Assembly: GCA_963693365.1 (NCBI GenBank)
Contig: CAVNZM010000009.1
Coordinates: 5,882,545-5,946,544 of the forward strand
DNA from: Amoebidium appalachense
Taxonomy: Eukaryota; Protista; Ichthyosporea
Length of the DNA stretch: 64,000 nucleotides
Direction: 5' to 3'
Shown here: one piece after another, positions 25,784 to 50,811 of the stretch
Layout of the letters: each line of letters begins with the position of its first letter
Position numbering within the stretch: the first letter of the stretch is position 1
The notes under the pieces: generated by a model
Databases searched by the model: none
Told to the model about the DNA's origin: nothing
The model's input: only the letters and a program-made list of their open reading frames with translations
Translations under genes and position numbers: made by a program

Positions 25784-28631
25784 AAGAGAGACCTCTATCT
25801 TACCAATCTCATTAGTGAAACTACCGACGGAAACACATGACCTAATCACTATAGGCTCGATGCCCGGATTCACTAATTCTATTTCTATCGTCTTATCCGG
25901 CCATACCCTACTAAGGGTCCATTGAGCCACCTCCTGAAATGGGGGTTTCGAAGTAAAACCCCCTAAATCCCCTATCCTAACATGATTGCCGGCCCGGACA
26001 CGTACCGTTTGGCACTGATAAGGCTCGATTACTACTTCAGCTACCGTTCTAGCACCAGACTGATAACCGTCGAGCCCATCATGGGTTTTAATTTTAACGC
26101 CGGACTGCAATTCTAAAACATTCGTACGTTCAAACAAAGCATTCACATGTCTACGGAAAAATGGGGCTCCCAACAAAACACTTTGAGCTAAATCCTTAAC
26201 CACATAACAAGCAATATGCATAGCCTGGCCACAGTATCTCACACGGCAACACACAAACACCTTCAACAGACATACTACTATTATTAGCACTACCTAAGGC
26301 CGTGCTAGAAGCATCTAAAATAGGAATCTCCCGCCCGGCCTGATTAAAACGACGAATAAACGAAGCATGCACACAATTAACCTGAGCCCCTCCATCGAGC
26401 AACTTCAAGTTGCAACAGCCTTCAACTTACCATCAGCTAACCATACGTCTATATAATGCCGGCTAAAACCAACTAAATCCTCCTCCAATTCGAGCAACAC
26501 ATCATCACTCACACCCAGACCCTGCCCACGAAGACTTACACCCTCGATACCTACGTGCAACATACCTACCTGTGGTGCCTGCACGGGTGGGGTGGGGTGT
26601 GTATGTGATGTGGGTGGTGGTGGAGTGTGTGTGTGTGGTGTGTGGGTGGGTGGTGAGTGTGTGTTTGGTGTATATGTGGGTGTGTGTGTGGGTGTAGGTG
26701 TGTCTGCAACCGTCGTATGTTGTGGTGGTGGTGTGTTTCTACGTGTCTGTGCCTTCCCCCCCCTTCCCCCTTTACTCGTGTGTGTCCCCCCCCATCCCGG
26801 AAACACTGGCACAGAAACCCCCTACGGTGTGGTTAGAACAAACACCGGGTTGGGACAAGAAACACTGAGACCAACCTGTCACTTGTGGCTGGGGAACCTC
26901 CCCCAACCACAAAACATTCACACCATTCATACCTTTGGTAGAATCACCCCACAAACATTCATGCTTGTTATACCACCTCGACGCTGTCTTGAGGACCCAC
27001 GACGATGCCCGGCTCCCACACGTATCGGGGCGGTGAGGGGGCAAAGGGAAGCTTAACCTGGGGTGGGGGAGGGTGCCAAGGTTCTCTGCAACCTGGGGAG
27101 GACCGATACTGTCCCCCCCCTCCCTCAGTGACCCCAGCTTCCCCCTCCCCCGGAACTCAATAGCCCTTGTAGCTACGGCAATATGCAGCAGAGTGCCCTT
27201 GCCGGCCACAAAAGTAACATGCACCAAAGAAGGGGCCAGGGGGGACTTCATAACCTTGGCGCAAAGCATAACCGGGAGCCCGGTCATGCTGGGGCCGGGG
27301 GCCCACCGTGTGCACCACGGCCCCCCCTCCCCCCCTGCCCCCCCTTGGCCTCTCTCACCACCAGCACCAAAATCACCACGGCCTCCATGTCCACCCCTAC
27401 CCCCATGAGTCTCCTCCGAACCCACCTCTATGGCCACCATGCTCACCACCATTTCCACCCCCTCCCTCTACCCTGCCCACCACCACGAGCAGGATAAGGG
27501 GCAAACCTCTCGGTGAACTGCTGCTGCTGTCCTCCACGTCCACCGCGCCCCCGACCGCCGTGTCCACCCCGGTCGCCGCCACGGCCACCCCGGAAGCCGA
27601 AGCCCCCTCGGCCAGAGAAGACGGCCTGGGAGAGCTCGGCAACCTGCTTGACCAACATTGTGAGTGCATCGGGCTGTTCACCCTCTTTCTCTTCTTTTTC
27701 CCCCTTCTTTCCACTCTCCTTCTTTTTCTTATCTACCTCCATCACCTCCTTCCTATCCCTCTTATTGAACTTCACCTCGTGCATGGCAAGCAAGTGACGT
27801 TTAACATGCAACACCACCTCATCCACATCATCATGCTCCCCAAACATGCGTGCAGTGTCTGTATTGACAGAGAGAGCCTTACCAGCAAACTCGAACTTTT
27901 CCCTATCACTCACGTCACCAGCTAGCTCACAAAGGTCTTCAGAGACCCGATATTCCCGTTCAAAGAATGCACGAGCTTCTATGGGGGACATATCTAAAGT
28001 GGGGAAGGTATACTTCCATTCCCTTAGCTGGGCCCTGCCAGTGAAGGTACGGCGCCGGTCGGCCATCAGGTATCGGTTGACGAGCCGGGCCGTATACTCG
28101 AGCTCAGGCGTTCTCGGGCCTTGTGAAGGCCTCGAGCTCACCGTCCACGTCTTCGGTGCTGCTCTCGTCCTCGTCGTCGGGGATGAATCGTGCGGCCAGA
28201 CGTTTCTGGCCGAGCGTCCGGGACACCATCTCGTCCCTCCCCTCGTCGTACTGCTGCTCGTATATACGAGCCGTCACCTGGGGGGCCTGCTCGGCCCGGT
28301 ACGGATGCTCCTCCATCAGGGTGCATAGGTCGGCCATAGTCTTGTGGTCGATGCACTGCTTAATCATTAGGCACGAGGCCGCCACAGTAGGGGCCTTCTT
28401 AGCGTCTATCACTAGTGTGGGTGTGTTTGCTATGAGTGTCGATCGTACGTCCTAAGCCACCGTGGTATTTCCGAGTCGTGTTTAAGTATAAAGCTGAAAG
28501 CTGTGGTTTGTCTGACGTCTAGTGTGTGAACCTGTGGTATCTGTGTGTGCAGGGAGCTATCCTCCGCTGCCAACGCGTAGAACATATCTACGTTGAACTT
28601 AGCCATGGTGTTGTGTGTGCCCTAACTCGTT

Positions 28632-28663
<32 letters not shown>

Positions 28664-28740
28664 CGTTGTTTCTAAGGTGTAGCAACAGCCCAGAAGGAAC
28701 TGTCACCGCGTTTACCTAGCGCGAAAAACCGCACTAAAAG
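25784..28740 (-). mobile_element. Gypsy copy 2, leader-gag-protease only; 3' part deleted; its 5' LTR is split at 32315-32572 and 57838-58331
   Basis: Close reverse-complement homologue of about 10210-13060 (same gag and LLDGGAQ protease peptides) with independent frameshifts. Confidence 0.93.
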
Positions 28741-28877
28741 TTTTGGATTTTGTCCTGGTGCAGAGACTAGCGATCTTGCTAGCCTTGAGATCACAACCTA
28801 ACCACTGCCGATGGTTGTGATGACGCCAGTAAAGGCGTGCTGGCTTTTACCCCAGCGAGAAGAGGATGAGAAAAAGA

Positions 28878-28950
28878 TGATCCCGACGGGATTTGAACCC
28901 GCGACCCCTCTATCTCCGGTCGAGTGCTCTACCAACTGAGCTACGAGATC
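28878..28950 (-). tRNA. tRNA-like gene in TRIM LTR (anticodon GGA, Phe-like body; probably not a translating tRNA)
   Basis: GATCTCG TA GCTC AGTTGGTA GAGC A CTCGA CCGGAGA TAGAG GGGTC GCGGG TTCAAAT CCCGT CGGGATC A: 73-nt cloverleaf with A and B boxes, followed by a T5 run. Confidence 0.75.
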
Positions 28951-29248
28951 GGTTAGGATCTCGCAGGCCACCAGCCGATCATGATCTGATTCATGCGATC
29001 GGACTGGATAACGATACCATCTTCCAACATCCCCACTCAGGACGAATCGCAGAATCAGGTTAGGGTGGACTGCCCCCTCAGTCCCCACTGAACCTCTGTT
29101 CATGCTACCATTTTGGATTTTGTCCTGGTGCAGAGACTAGCGATCTTGCTAGCCTTGAGATCACAACCTAACCACTGCCGATGGTTGTGATGACGCCAGT
29201 AAAGGCGTGCTGGCTTTTACCCCAGCGAGGAGAGGATGAGAAAAAAGA

Positions 29249-29321
29249 TGATCCCGACGGGATTTGAACCCGCGACCCCTCTATCTCCGGTCGAGTGCTC
29301 TACCAACTGAGCTACGAGATC
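29249..29321 (-). tRNA. tRNA-like gene in TRIM LTR, copy 2
   Basis: Identical 73-nt cloverleaf followed by a T6 run. Confidence 0.75.
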
Positions 29322-29400
29322 GGTTAAGATCTCGCAGGCCACCAGCCGATCATGATCTGATTCATGCGATCGGACTGGATAACGATACCATCTTCCAACA

Positions 29401-29522
29401 CCGCCTGGTGCAGCATTAGTAGGAATACAAAAGTACTCAGAATGACCTTTGCAACATCATGTGCAGAAAGGTGTGTGTGTGTGCAGTTTTTTTCTTTTCT
29501 TTTACCTACTATCGTTCTTTGA

Positions 29523-29557
<35 letters not shown>

Positions 29558-30543
29558 GGGGACGGGACGGACACATGTCACTGCACGCGTGATTCAGTGC
29601 TCATTTACTATTCACCAGGCACCCTGTGCCCTGCTCGTGTAGTCAACCCACATAGCTGCAGCAATTTGATCTCTTCTGGCATCTGCCTCTGCCTCGTCTT
29701 CTTGTTGGTTTTGGTTGCCCCTGCCTAACACAGAGTTAAAAAACATCAAGGCCTTTACATCAAGCATACCGTCTTATAAATCATCCCCCTACCCACCCCC
29801 TCCTTTCCCCTGGTTCCCCACACACACCAACAACGCTGCCGCCGCTCAGAGGCACACTCCATCCCAACTCGAGCAATATCAGTCACACCACAAAAACCAC
29901 ATCAAAAAAACGTGCAGACGCACACTCCAACCCATCTTGACCCGTTGCCCACCACAAAACCAGAGAACAAAATAAAAACAAAAATAACTTAGAGGAAGAG
30001 AAACAAAACCAAATGCAACCAAAGACTTACCACGTGTAGGCAAGTTGTGCTGCTCTTCGTCTGAGTAGTGGCCATGCTCCTCCGCGTTGTGCTTTTTTAT
30101 AAAGTTCATAAGTAGAAAGCACACAAGAATGATCTTCGAGAGCATCTTAGGACAGTAGTTGGTGGCTTTCTGGAGTATCTGAAAGCGGTTTTTCAGCATA
30201 CCATAGAACCGCTCAATGACCACCCGCGCCTTGGCATGCCTCAGGTTGAATAACTCCTTCGCATTCTGAGGACTAGAACACGACACATGAATAGACAACA
30301 CCAGACACTTCAACATCAATATGACAGTGTGTGTGTGCGCGTGGCTGTTTGTGTGTGTGCATGTTCGTTTAGTGTGTGCACGCGGGCATGACCCGTGCGG
30401 GCACACGCGGACGCATGTGTGTGTGCGTATTTGTACACGTGAGTCTGTGTAGGTGTTTGTGCATGCGCGCACGACCTTCAGGTTGGATGTGTAAACTATC
30501 TATCTCTCTTTTTCTCTCCCTATCCACTCTCCCTGTGCATGTG

Positions 30544-30623
<80 letters not shown>

Positions 30624-32098
30624 TGTGTGTGTGCAGAACAAAAGGAAACAGGAAAAGCACACTTTTTTACAGATGTAGGGAGGGAGTGATGGGTCGAGGG
30701 GCCTTCTTTTTTTGGGGGGAGGGGGGGAGGGGGGAGGGGGGGGGGGGGGGGGGGGGCTAAATACGCCATTGCTCCCGTCCCGTACTCCTTCAGATGATAG
30801 CGGACTCCTCTGTAGGGTGCCAAAATTTCGTTTGTGTTCGGGTAGTCCTGGTCACCCAGGTAAACTTTCCCCGTCGGCACACGTAAATTTTGTGGAGGGG
30901 GCTGCTCGAGGGCACAGTTCAACACTGTGCTGTCTGCACCACATCCCTCCCCACCGGGCAAACAATATGTGGAATTATTTATATGCTTCCCAGTCGCATG
31001 CACCCAATACATTTTGTGCTGTGAAACCTTTCCTGCACCGATACCGATCAGCAGCCTCCGGTTTGACCTTGCACGGAACAAGAGTGCCATCAACTGCCCC
31101 GAGAACAATACGGAAGTAAGGCCAAAACTCAGGGTTTTCACGCACCCAACTAGGCACCATATATGACTCATCGGGTTGAATCATGTATTCTTCCCCGAAA
31201 GCAGCAAGCGTGGCATCGATGCCTTCTCGAAAACGCCTGCAGCACACAATGATGTCTGATTATTTTCCACATTCCTACATATAAGCTTCATTGAAAACAA
31301 CAGCAAAACCTTGAGACAGTGCACGCGCACGTGCACCCTGGACAGTGGAACACAACCCATTCGGAGCATTGTTGTTTAACAAGCACAGACAAATGCTGCA
31401 AACACACAGCCAATAACATAATTCAACAGGGCAGGAGTCATAGCACTACATACCGGCTCACGGTCTCGGTGCTGTGTTGGAAACGTTCGGCAACGTTCCT
31501 GACTGCAACACCCTGCCCAAGGGTATACAGCATCATGCAGGTAACTTCCTGAGCGTCCATGTTATCACTCTCTTCAATGAATGGAGCCAACTTCTCAATT
31601 AACTCCCTTGCAACATATGGACTCACGCGTAGGACATCGTTCACCCTTGTCTCGTGAGCTGTGCCAAGCAGTTCTTGCACATACTCTCTACCACTGAGCG
31701 GGGAAGTACGACAGGGCTCTTTGAGCTCTGGGCTATAGGTCAAGGCTGCAATCGCAGCCAAAACGGCTATGTTCCGGGCTGCATACATGGTGAGTGTCTC
31801 AAATAAAACCGTATACAACTCAGCACTTTCGTGGTTTATTACTGCTTATCACTATGGTGTATATGTGTAGCGGGTCTGCAATTGCAAGTCACCGACCGGT
31901 GATGAACAGCGTGACAGCTGCAGAGCAAATCTAACCCGAAATCGTACGTGGGCTGTTTGGCATCCATGGGTTATCTACCCGGCTTAACCCAGGTTTCGGC
32001 TGAGATCCGGATTCTGCAGCATAATCTGGATCTCGATTTTGATATCCAGATATCCCCCGAAATCCAGATTACACTAACCCGCGTTGCCAAACAGGCCC
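29401..32098 (-). mobile_element. PIF/Harbinger DNA transposon, one end missing
   Basis: Terminus GGGCCTGTTTGGCA (minus strand, 32098 inward) next to a TAA target within the TRIM LTR; transposase exons inside; imperfect inverted copy of the terminus at 31950. Confidence 0.85.
29612..31788 (-). pseudogene. Harbinger DDE transposase, four exons (approx. 31788-31452, 31237-30765, 30275-30033, 29724-29612), frameshift near 30975
   Basis: ERFQHSTETVSR, LGAVDGTLV, RKGFTAQNVLGACD, YLGDQDYP..LAPYRGVRYHLKEY, FNLRHAKARVVIERFYGMLKNRFQIL and C-terminal DQIAAAMWVDY. Confidence 0.9.
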
Positions 32099-32145
32099 TA
32101 AAGCGTGCTGGCTTTTACCCCAGCGAGAAGAGGATGAGAAAAAGA

Positions 32146-32218
32146 TGATCCCGACGGGATTTGAACCCGCGACCCCTCTATCTCCGGTCGAGTGCTCTAC
32201 CAACTGAGCTACGAGATC
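32146..32218 (-). tRNA. tRNA-like gene in partial third TRIM LTR (32099-32297)
   Basis: Identical 73-nt cloverleaf. Confidence 0.75.
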
Positions 32219-32314
32219 GGTTAAGATCTCGCAGGCCACCAGCCGATCATGATCTGATTCATGCGATCGGACTGGATAACGATACCATCTTCCAACAAAA
32301 AGAAAGGTGTAACT

Positions 32315-32572
32315 TGTCGTATCCTAACGTGTATGTACTAAGAGACGCGGCACTCTACTAAGTGTACACACACGGAAAGGAACGAACGTGTACTGAAAAA
32401 CGGTAAAGTTTATTAAGACCAGGCTCCGACGGGCAAACTTAGCTCTGAACGGAATGAGGCTAAGTCACAACTGAGGCCATCACTGGCAAGGCCGTGCCCT
32501 ACAAGATCATCATCACCTGGCCCCCTACGATGCCCCATTCCGTACATTCCGATCTAACTTTATCGTGTGCCT
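32315..32572 (-). repeat. Gypsy copy 2 5' LTR, inner part
   Basis: Reverse complement of the distal part of the Gypsy LTR; resumes at 57838. Confidence 0.9.
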
Positions 32573-32593
32573 CATCAGCAAACTTCCCGGAAG

Positions 32594-42428
<9,835 letters not shown>

Positions 42429-43485
42429 CCCGGAAGTATGCCAACGTATTTTTTGCTATTGGCGCTATTGGCGATATTGGCAATAGAACGCCTTGCCGCC
42501 AATAGGAACGCCATATTGCAATAATATTGCTTTGGTATTGTCAATGGTAATACAGTACCAATACCCTCTATTGTCGATATCCCGCTGATATGAATATATT
42601 ATCCAGTATATGTTACATCAATATCGCCAATACATTAGAGTGCCATTACATTGCCATTGCATTACTATTGCGCTAGCATTATAGACGTATTGCCAATATC
42701 AATTATACCCGGGCGATATTACAATAACAACCAAATAATATCAAAAATACAGATAATGATATGGATAATACTGTATTTTCGCATTGTAGTTGCACTATGA
42801 ACGCATTATTAATGTATTGCCAATATGTAATTCATAGAAATACAAAGATTTAAATATCAAGAAACATATAAACAACTTGAATGTATTGCCAACATATGAT
42901 CCAACTATAATCAATATATAAATGCGGTATCGCCGATAGGTTGCTTATATATCGTGAGTATATTGATGACATAAACAGAGGTATGATTAATACACTCCCA
43001 ACACATTACAAATAAGAAATATGTAAGTATGTTCCATATCAAGCATATATTGCCAACATACGAATGATACCACCACCATAAAGATATAAGTGTTGATAAT
43101 GCATTACATATATATTATAAATATCACACTATATTATCCAAATACATTGCCAATAAATTGATAATGGGAACGAATGCATGCAAAGTACAGTATAAGTGCG
43201 CAATATGAAAGGCATATCGGAGTAACGTCTTATATCTAAGAATAATACGTATGACGAACATTGCCAATGTATTAATAATAGCTTTATTGATACCTCAATC
43301 ACATGCTCAATATATTGGCAATATGCACACGGTACGGTAAGCACAGCCCCATGATCATTATCAATGAATTGCCAATGTATTGCACATGTCGACATCCATA
43401 CGTGTTCCGTATGGCCACTTTATTAACTTTGGTTGGATAGTGGCATCAAGCACACAAGTAAACAACACAACTAATATACCACCCC

Positions 43486-43824
43486 AAGAGCAACACAGAA
43501 ACGAAACACGGAAACAACAGCAGCCATAGGACAAAGAGCCCCAGACCCACAGGGTCTTGCCTCCATACTTTATTTACCTTAACAGGACAAAGAGCCGGTA
43601 CCCACCTATGGGTGCTAAACATGCACATGATCATTCATGTGCTATAAGAGCAACACAGAAACGAAACACGGACACAACAGCAGCCATAGGACAAAGAGCC
43701 CCAGACCCACAGGGTCTTGCCTCCATACTTTATTTACCTTAACAGGACAAAGAGCCGGTACCCACCTATGAAACGAAAAACGGAAACAACAGCAGCCATA
43801 GGACAAAGAGCCGGTACCCACCTC
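43486..43824. repeat. Local tandem duplication (125-bp block at 160-bp spacing plus a partial third copy)
   Basis: AAGAGCAACACAGAAACG...GGTACCCACCTATG at 43486-43610 and 43646-43770. Confidence 0.85.
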
Positions 43825-44378
43825 TAGATGATAACGTAGCCTTATAGCTGCTGATGACTTCATGGGCCAACCTTGCCAAAACCTGTAAAGGAACTCGAGC
43901 TAAGAATTAGCTCATCCTACTTGCGAGAAGTGGGGGGGGGGGGGGGGGGGGGGGGGACTGAGGGGGCTGACTGAGAGTGGCAAAAAAAGAGTCGACAGAA
44001 CCAACCTCAAAAATAGCAAGGACGGAAACCCGGACCAGAACTTATGAAGTCTAGAGAAGCAGAAAATAGCTTGAACGATCTGTGGAGGGGATGATAGCTA
44101 TAGTGCTAACAGCAAAAGTAGTGCCCACAGTCGCTGGTTCATGAACGTGAAAGGCAACGTGCATCTGCAGCCAGCAGACACACGCACACGCACGCACACA
44201 CACACACATACACACACACACACACAGACACAGACACAGACATAATCACAGGACGGACACAGACCAGACAGACAAACGCCATATGCACAAAAGCAGGCAA
44301 CACAAAACTAACCTTCAAAGGGCAGCATGGTCCAAAACAATCAGCACGGTGGCTGCGCGATCTGCGGAGGGGATCTGT

Positions 44379-44481
44379 GACCAGGCGACCTGCGGGAAGG
44401 GAACTGCGACCAGGCGACCTGCGGGAAGGGACCTGCGACCAGGCGACCTGCGGGAAAGGACCTGCGGACCTGCGGGAAGGG
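44379..44481. repeat. 29-bp minisatellite, about 3.5 copies
   Basis: GACCAGGCGACCTGCGGGAAGGGA(A/C)CTGC repeated. Confidence 0.85.
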
Positions 44482-44827
44482 GGAAGAGAAATGGAGCAAA
44501 CAACGTGCGTACAGGCTTAAATGGAGAAAAATTTGCAAACCGGATTGGGATTTAGCCAATCACTATTCGCCGCGCCTGATTAGGAAAAATATAAAAATAT
44601 ATAGATTTCGGCTCGCGCGCGCGCGTGCATCAGCTTGGTGCCCTTAGCGCTACCCTTAGTGCCCTTAGTCACAACTATCAGACTATAGTTACGTGTCCTC
44701 CACTTCTTTGTTCTTGACCATTTTTTCGGCATGAAAGGGTTTCTGTTACTTCTTGCTGTCCTTCTTAGCGTGCTTGCTTGTCTTTTTTTCAACATGGGTG
44801 TCACTGGCGCTTTCGACTTCTTTGAAA

Positions 44828-44873
<46 letters not shown>

Positions 44874-44909
44874 GCGCGCGCGCACGCACACACACTCACA
44901 CATGCACAC

Positions 44910-44943
<34 letters not shown>

Positions 44944-45087
44944 CGCGCACACACAGGCACGCACACACACACAGGCGCACACCTACACAACACACACAGC
45001 ACAGGCACACACAAGCGCACACACGCACACACCCTGTTATCCCTGATCATGATGCCCCCTCCCCCCTCCCTCTTCCCCCCCCCGCGC

Positions 45088-45119
<32 letters not shown>

Positions 45120-45282
45120 ACCCACCCCACCCACCCACCTACAAAGACAAAAACATTGTACATGTATTGCATACACAAATATACTCGCACATATACATAC
45201 ACACATTCACTTTTAATCTTTCAGGCTACATGTGCAATATACATTAATTATGCACAGTCGATAGAATTCGTTGTGAAACCAA

Positions 45283-45313
<31 letters not shown>

Positions 45314-45429
45314 TCGTTCCCCCCATATGCAATGTGGATAATATTGTTTCCCGCTATTAATAAATAAAATCACCGTTCTAACTTCCTAAGACCGAACCAC
45401 TTGTAACACCGACAGTTTCGGTTGTGTGG

Positions 45430-45469
<40 letters not shown>

Positions 45470-45583
45470 CCCACCCACCACCACCTTACCAATATTGAGG
45501 TGTACACTGCCCCCACATCCCCAACTGTGTGCTGAATATCCCGTGCTAGGAAACCAATAACGTGAAAGTAACACATGCCGCAT

Positions 45584-47455
45584 GTGGGTAGTTATTGAAA
45601 AAACCAATAATGTCTAGGTAACATACTATGTACATATACTATGCTACAAAGGGGGTTCTATACGAGCTACAACGTTGTGTTTTTTTCGTGTGACCCTCGT
45701 ACTCCAGGGGCACATTCACCATCCCCCCCATAAACTTTGTGGTAAATTTCTCGTGCTAGAAGCTGTTCTGTGGGTAGTTATTGAAAAAACGAATAATGTC
45801 TAGGTAACACATGTACATATGCTATGCTACAAGGGGGGTTCTATTCGAGCTACAATGTTGTGTTTTTTTTGTGTGACCCTCGTACTCCAGGGGCACATTC
45901 ACCATCCCCCCCATAAACTTTTTGGCAAATCTCTCGTGCTAGAGGCTGTTCTGTGGGTAGTTATTGAAAAACCAATAATGTCTAGGTAACGTATGTACAT
46001 ATACTATGCTACAAGGGGGGTTCTATACGAGCTACAACGTTGTGTTTTTTTCGTGTGACCCTTGTACTCCAGGGGTACATTCACCATCCCCCCCATAAAC
46101 TTTGTGGTAAATGTCTCGTGCTCGAAGCTGTTCTGTGGGTAGTTATTGAAAAAACCAATAATGTCTAGGTAACACATGGACATATACTATGCTACAAGGG
46201 GGTTCTATTCGAGCTACAATGTTGTGTTTTTTTCGTGTGACCCTCGTACTCCAGGGGCACATTCACCATCCCCCCCATAAACATTGTGGTAAATTTCTCG
46301 TGCTAGAAGCTGTTCTGTGGGTAGTTATTGAAAAACAAATAATGTCTAGGTAACATACTATGTACATATACTATGCTACAAGGGGGGTTCTATACGAGCT
46401 ACAACGTTGTGTTTTTTTCGTGTGACCCTCGTACTCCAGGGGCACATTCACCATCCCCCCAATAAACGTTTGGTTATATTTCTCGTGCTAGAGGCTGTTC
46501 TGTGGGTAGTTATTGAAAAACCCAAAAATGTCTAGGTAACACATGGACATATACTATGCTACAAGGGGGGTTCTATACGAGCTACAACGTTGTGTTTTTT
46601 TCGTGTGACCCTCGTACTCCAAGGGCACATTCACCATCCCCCCCATAAACTGTGTGGTAAATTGCTCGTGCTAGAAGCTGTTCTGTGGGTAGTTATCGAA
46701 AAAACCAATAATGTGTAAGTAACACATGTACATATATTATCAGCTACAAGGGGGGTTCTATTCGAGCTACAACGTTGTGTTTTTTTTGTGTGACCCTCGT
46801 ACTCCAGGGGCACATTCACCATCCCCCCCATAAACTGTGTGGTAAATGTCTCGTACTAGAAGCTGTTCTGTGGGTAGTTATTGAAAAAACCAATAATGTC
46901 TAGGTAACACATATACATATATTATGCTACAAGGGGGGTTCTATTCGAGCTACAACGTTGTGTTTTTTTCGTGTGACCCTCGTACTCCAGGGGCACATTC
47001 ACTATCCCCCCCATAAACTTTGTGGTAAATTTCTCGTGCGAGAGGCTGTTCTGTGGGTAGTTATTGAAAAAACCAATAATGTGTAAGTAACACATGTACA
47101 TATACTATGCTACAAGGGGGGTTCTATTCGAGCTACAACGTTGTGTTTTTTTTGGTGTGACCCTCGTACTCCAGGGGCACATTCACCATCCCCCCCATAA
47201 ACTGTGTGGTAAATGTCTCGTGCTCGAAGCTGTTCTGTGGGTAGTTATTGAAAAAACCAATAATGTGTAAGTAACACATATACATATACTATGCTACAAG
47301 GGGGGTTCTATTCGAGCTACAACGTTGTGTTTTTTTCGTGTGGCCCTCGTACTCCAAGGGCACATTCATCATCTCCCCTTATAATTTGTGGTGAATTTAT
47401 CGTGCTAGAAGCTACTCTGTGGGTAGTTAGTGAAAAACCCGATGCTTATAAGTAA
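45584..47455. repeat. ~183-bp satellite, about 10 tandem copies
   Basis: TGTGGGTAGTTATTGAAAAAACC... recurs near 45584, 45768, 45952, 46134, 46316, 46501, 46684, 46869, 47052, 47236 and 47418. Confidence 0.93.
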
Positions 47456-47726
47456 CGCATGCACAAATTGTCATCATAGCATTACACTACCATAGTAGTT
47501 GGTCGACAATAACGATATATTGGGAATGTGGACACCATATTGTAAACCAAAAAATAATAACACCATAATATACTACACATACCTAACAATGTATTGTGAA
47601 TGAATAAAATACTTGCTTACGTGCTGGTAACATACGAGAAACAAGGATTCTCTCGCTCTTTTTTTCTTTCTTTTTTGTTTGTTTTTGTGTTTGTGTGTGT
47701 GTGTGCGTGTGTGTGTGTGTGTGTTT

Positions 47727-47780
<54 letters not shown>

Positions 47781-48109
47781 CGTTTTGCAGATATATCGAC
47801 TAGAGTCCCTCATCAGGGGACACATTCACAGTACTTTATTAAGATCGGCCTTCAAGGCCAAAAAAGCTCGATCTCGAGTAAGATTAGATAGCATTTTATG
47901 AGGCCGGCCAGGGCTTAAATACAAAAAGGAGAAAAAACAACACACAGCTAAACATAGATCTAATATTAGCTAAATCAATCGACACACTGGTACATTGCCT
48001 GGAGTAAACAGCATCTATCCCACTGGTACATGTACTGTCATCATCCAACCAACACCCGTGTAGTACCTTTGTCAAGCGTTCCTACGATACTACATAAGAG
48101 AAGAGAGGG

Positions 48110-50490
<2,381 letters not shown>

Positions 50491-50769
50491 GAGTGGTTAC
50501 ACTGGCAGCGTCCGTGGTGATGGGTTTGGGGGGGAAGGGGGTGAGGGGAGTGAGGGATGTTTCGAAGAAAGAAAAGTATTGCAAGTAACAAGGGGGCATA
50601 AAGACATAGGACTAAAACAAAATGGAGGGGGAGGAGGGGGGGGATGCTGTAAACTTTGATGCGTCTCGGGGACGTGTGTAGGGACTGCGAGTTCTCTTAG
50701 ATTTGCATTTCAGAATTTTTACTCTATTCCTCCAGGTTTTTTTTATATTTTTTTTAGGGTTGGGTTGGG

Positions 50770-50811
<42 letters not shown>

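Larger units (their letters stand above)
28741..29400 (-). mobile_element. TRIM with a tRNA-like gene in each LTR (Helenus-like): LTRs 29111-29400 and 28741-29029, 81-bp interior
   Basis: ~290-bp direct repeats TGTTGGAAG...TCCAAAA; PBS TGGTAGCA (matches the tRNA-iMet 3' end); PPT GAGTGGGGA; TSD AAAAG at 28736-28740 and 32298-32302, the latter after a third partial LTR at 32099-32297. Confidence 0.85.

Noticed and set aside
28878-32218. Cluster of genuine tRNA-Ser(GGA) genes
   Set aside because: No long variable arm, C33, a mismatch in the anticodon stem, and all copies sit in LTRs.
43860-44830. Possible further nested element or gene fragment (PPT-like GGACTGAGGGGG at ~43955, Lys-rich frame at 44690-44826)
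   Set aside because: No partner LTR, TSD or domain motif found.
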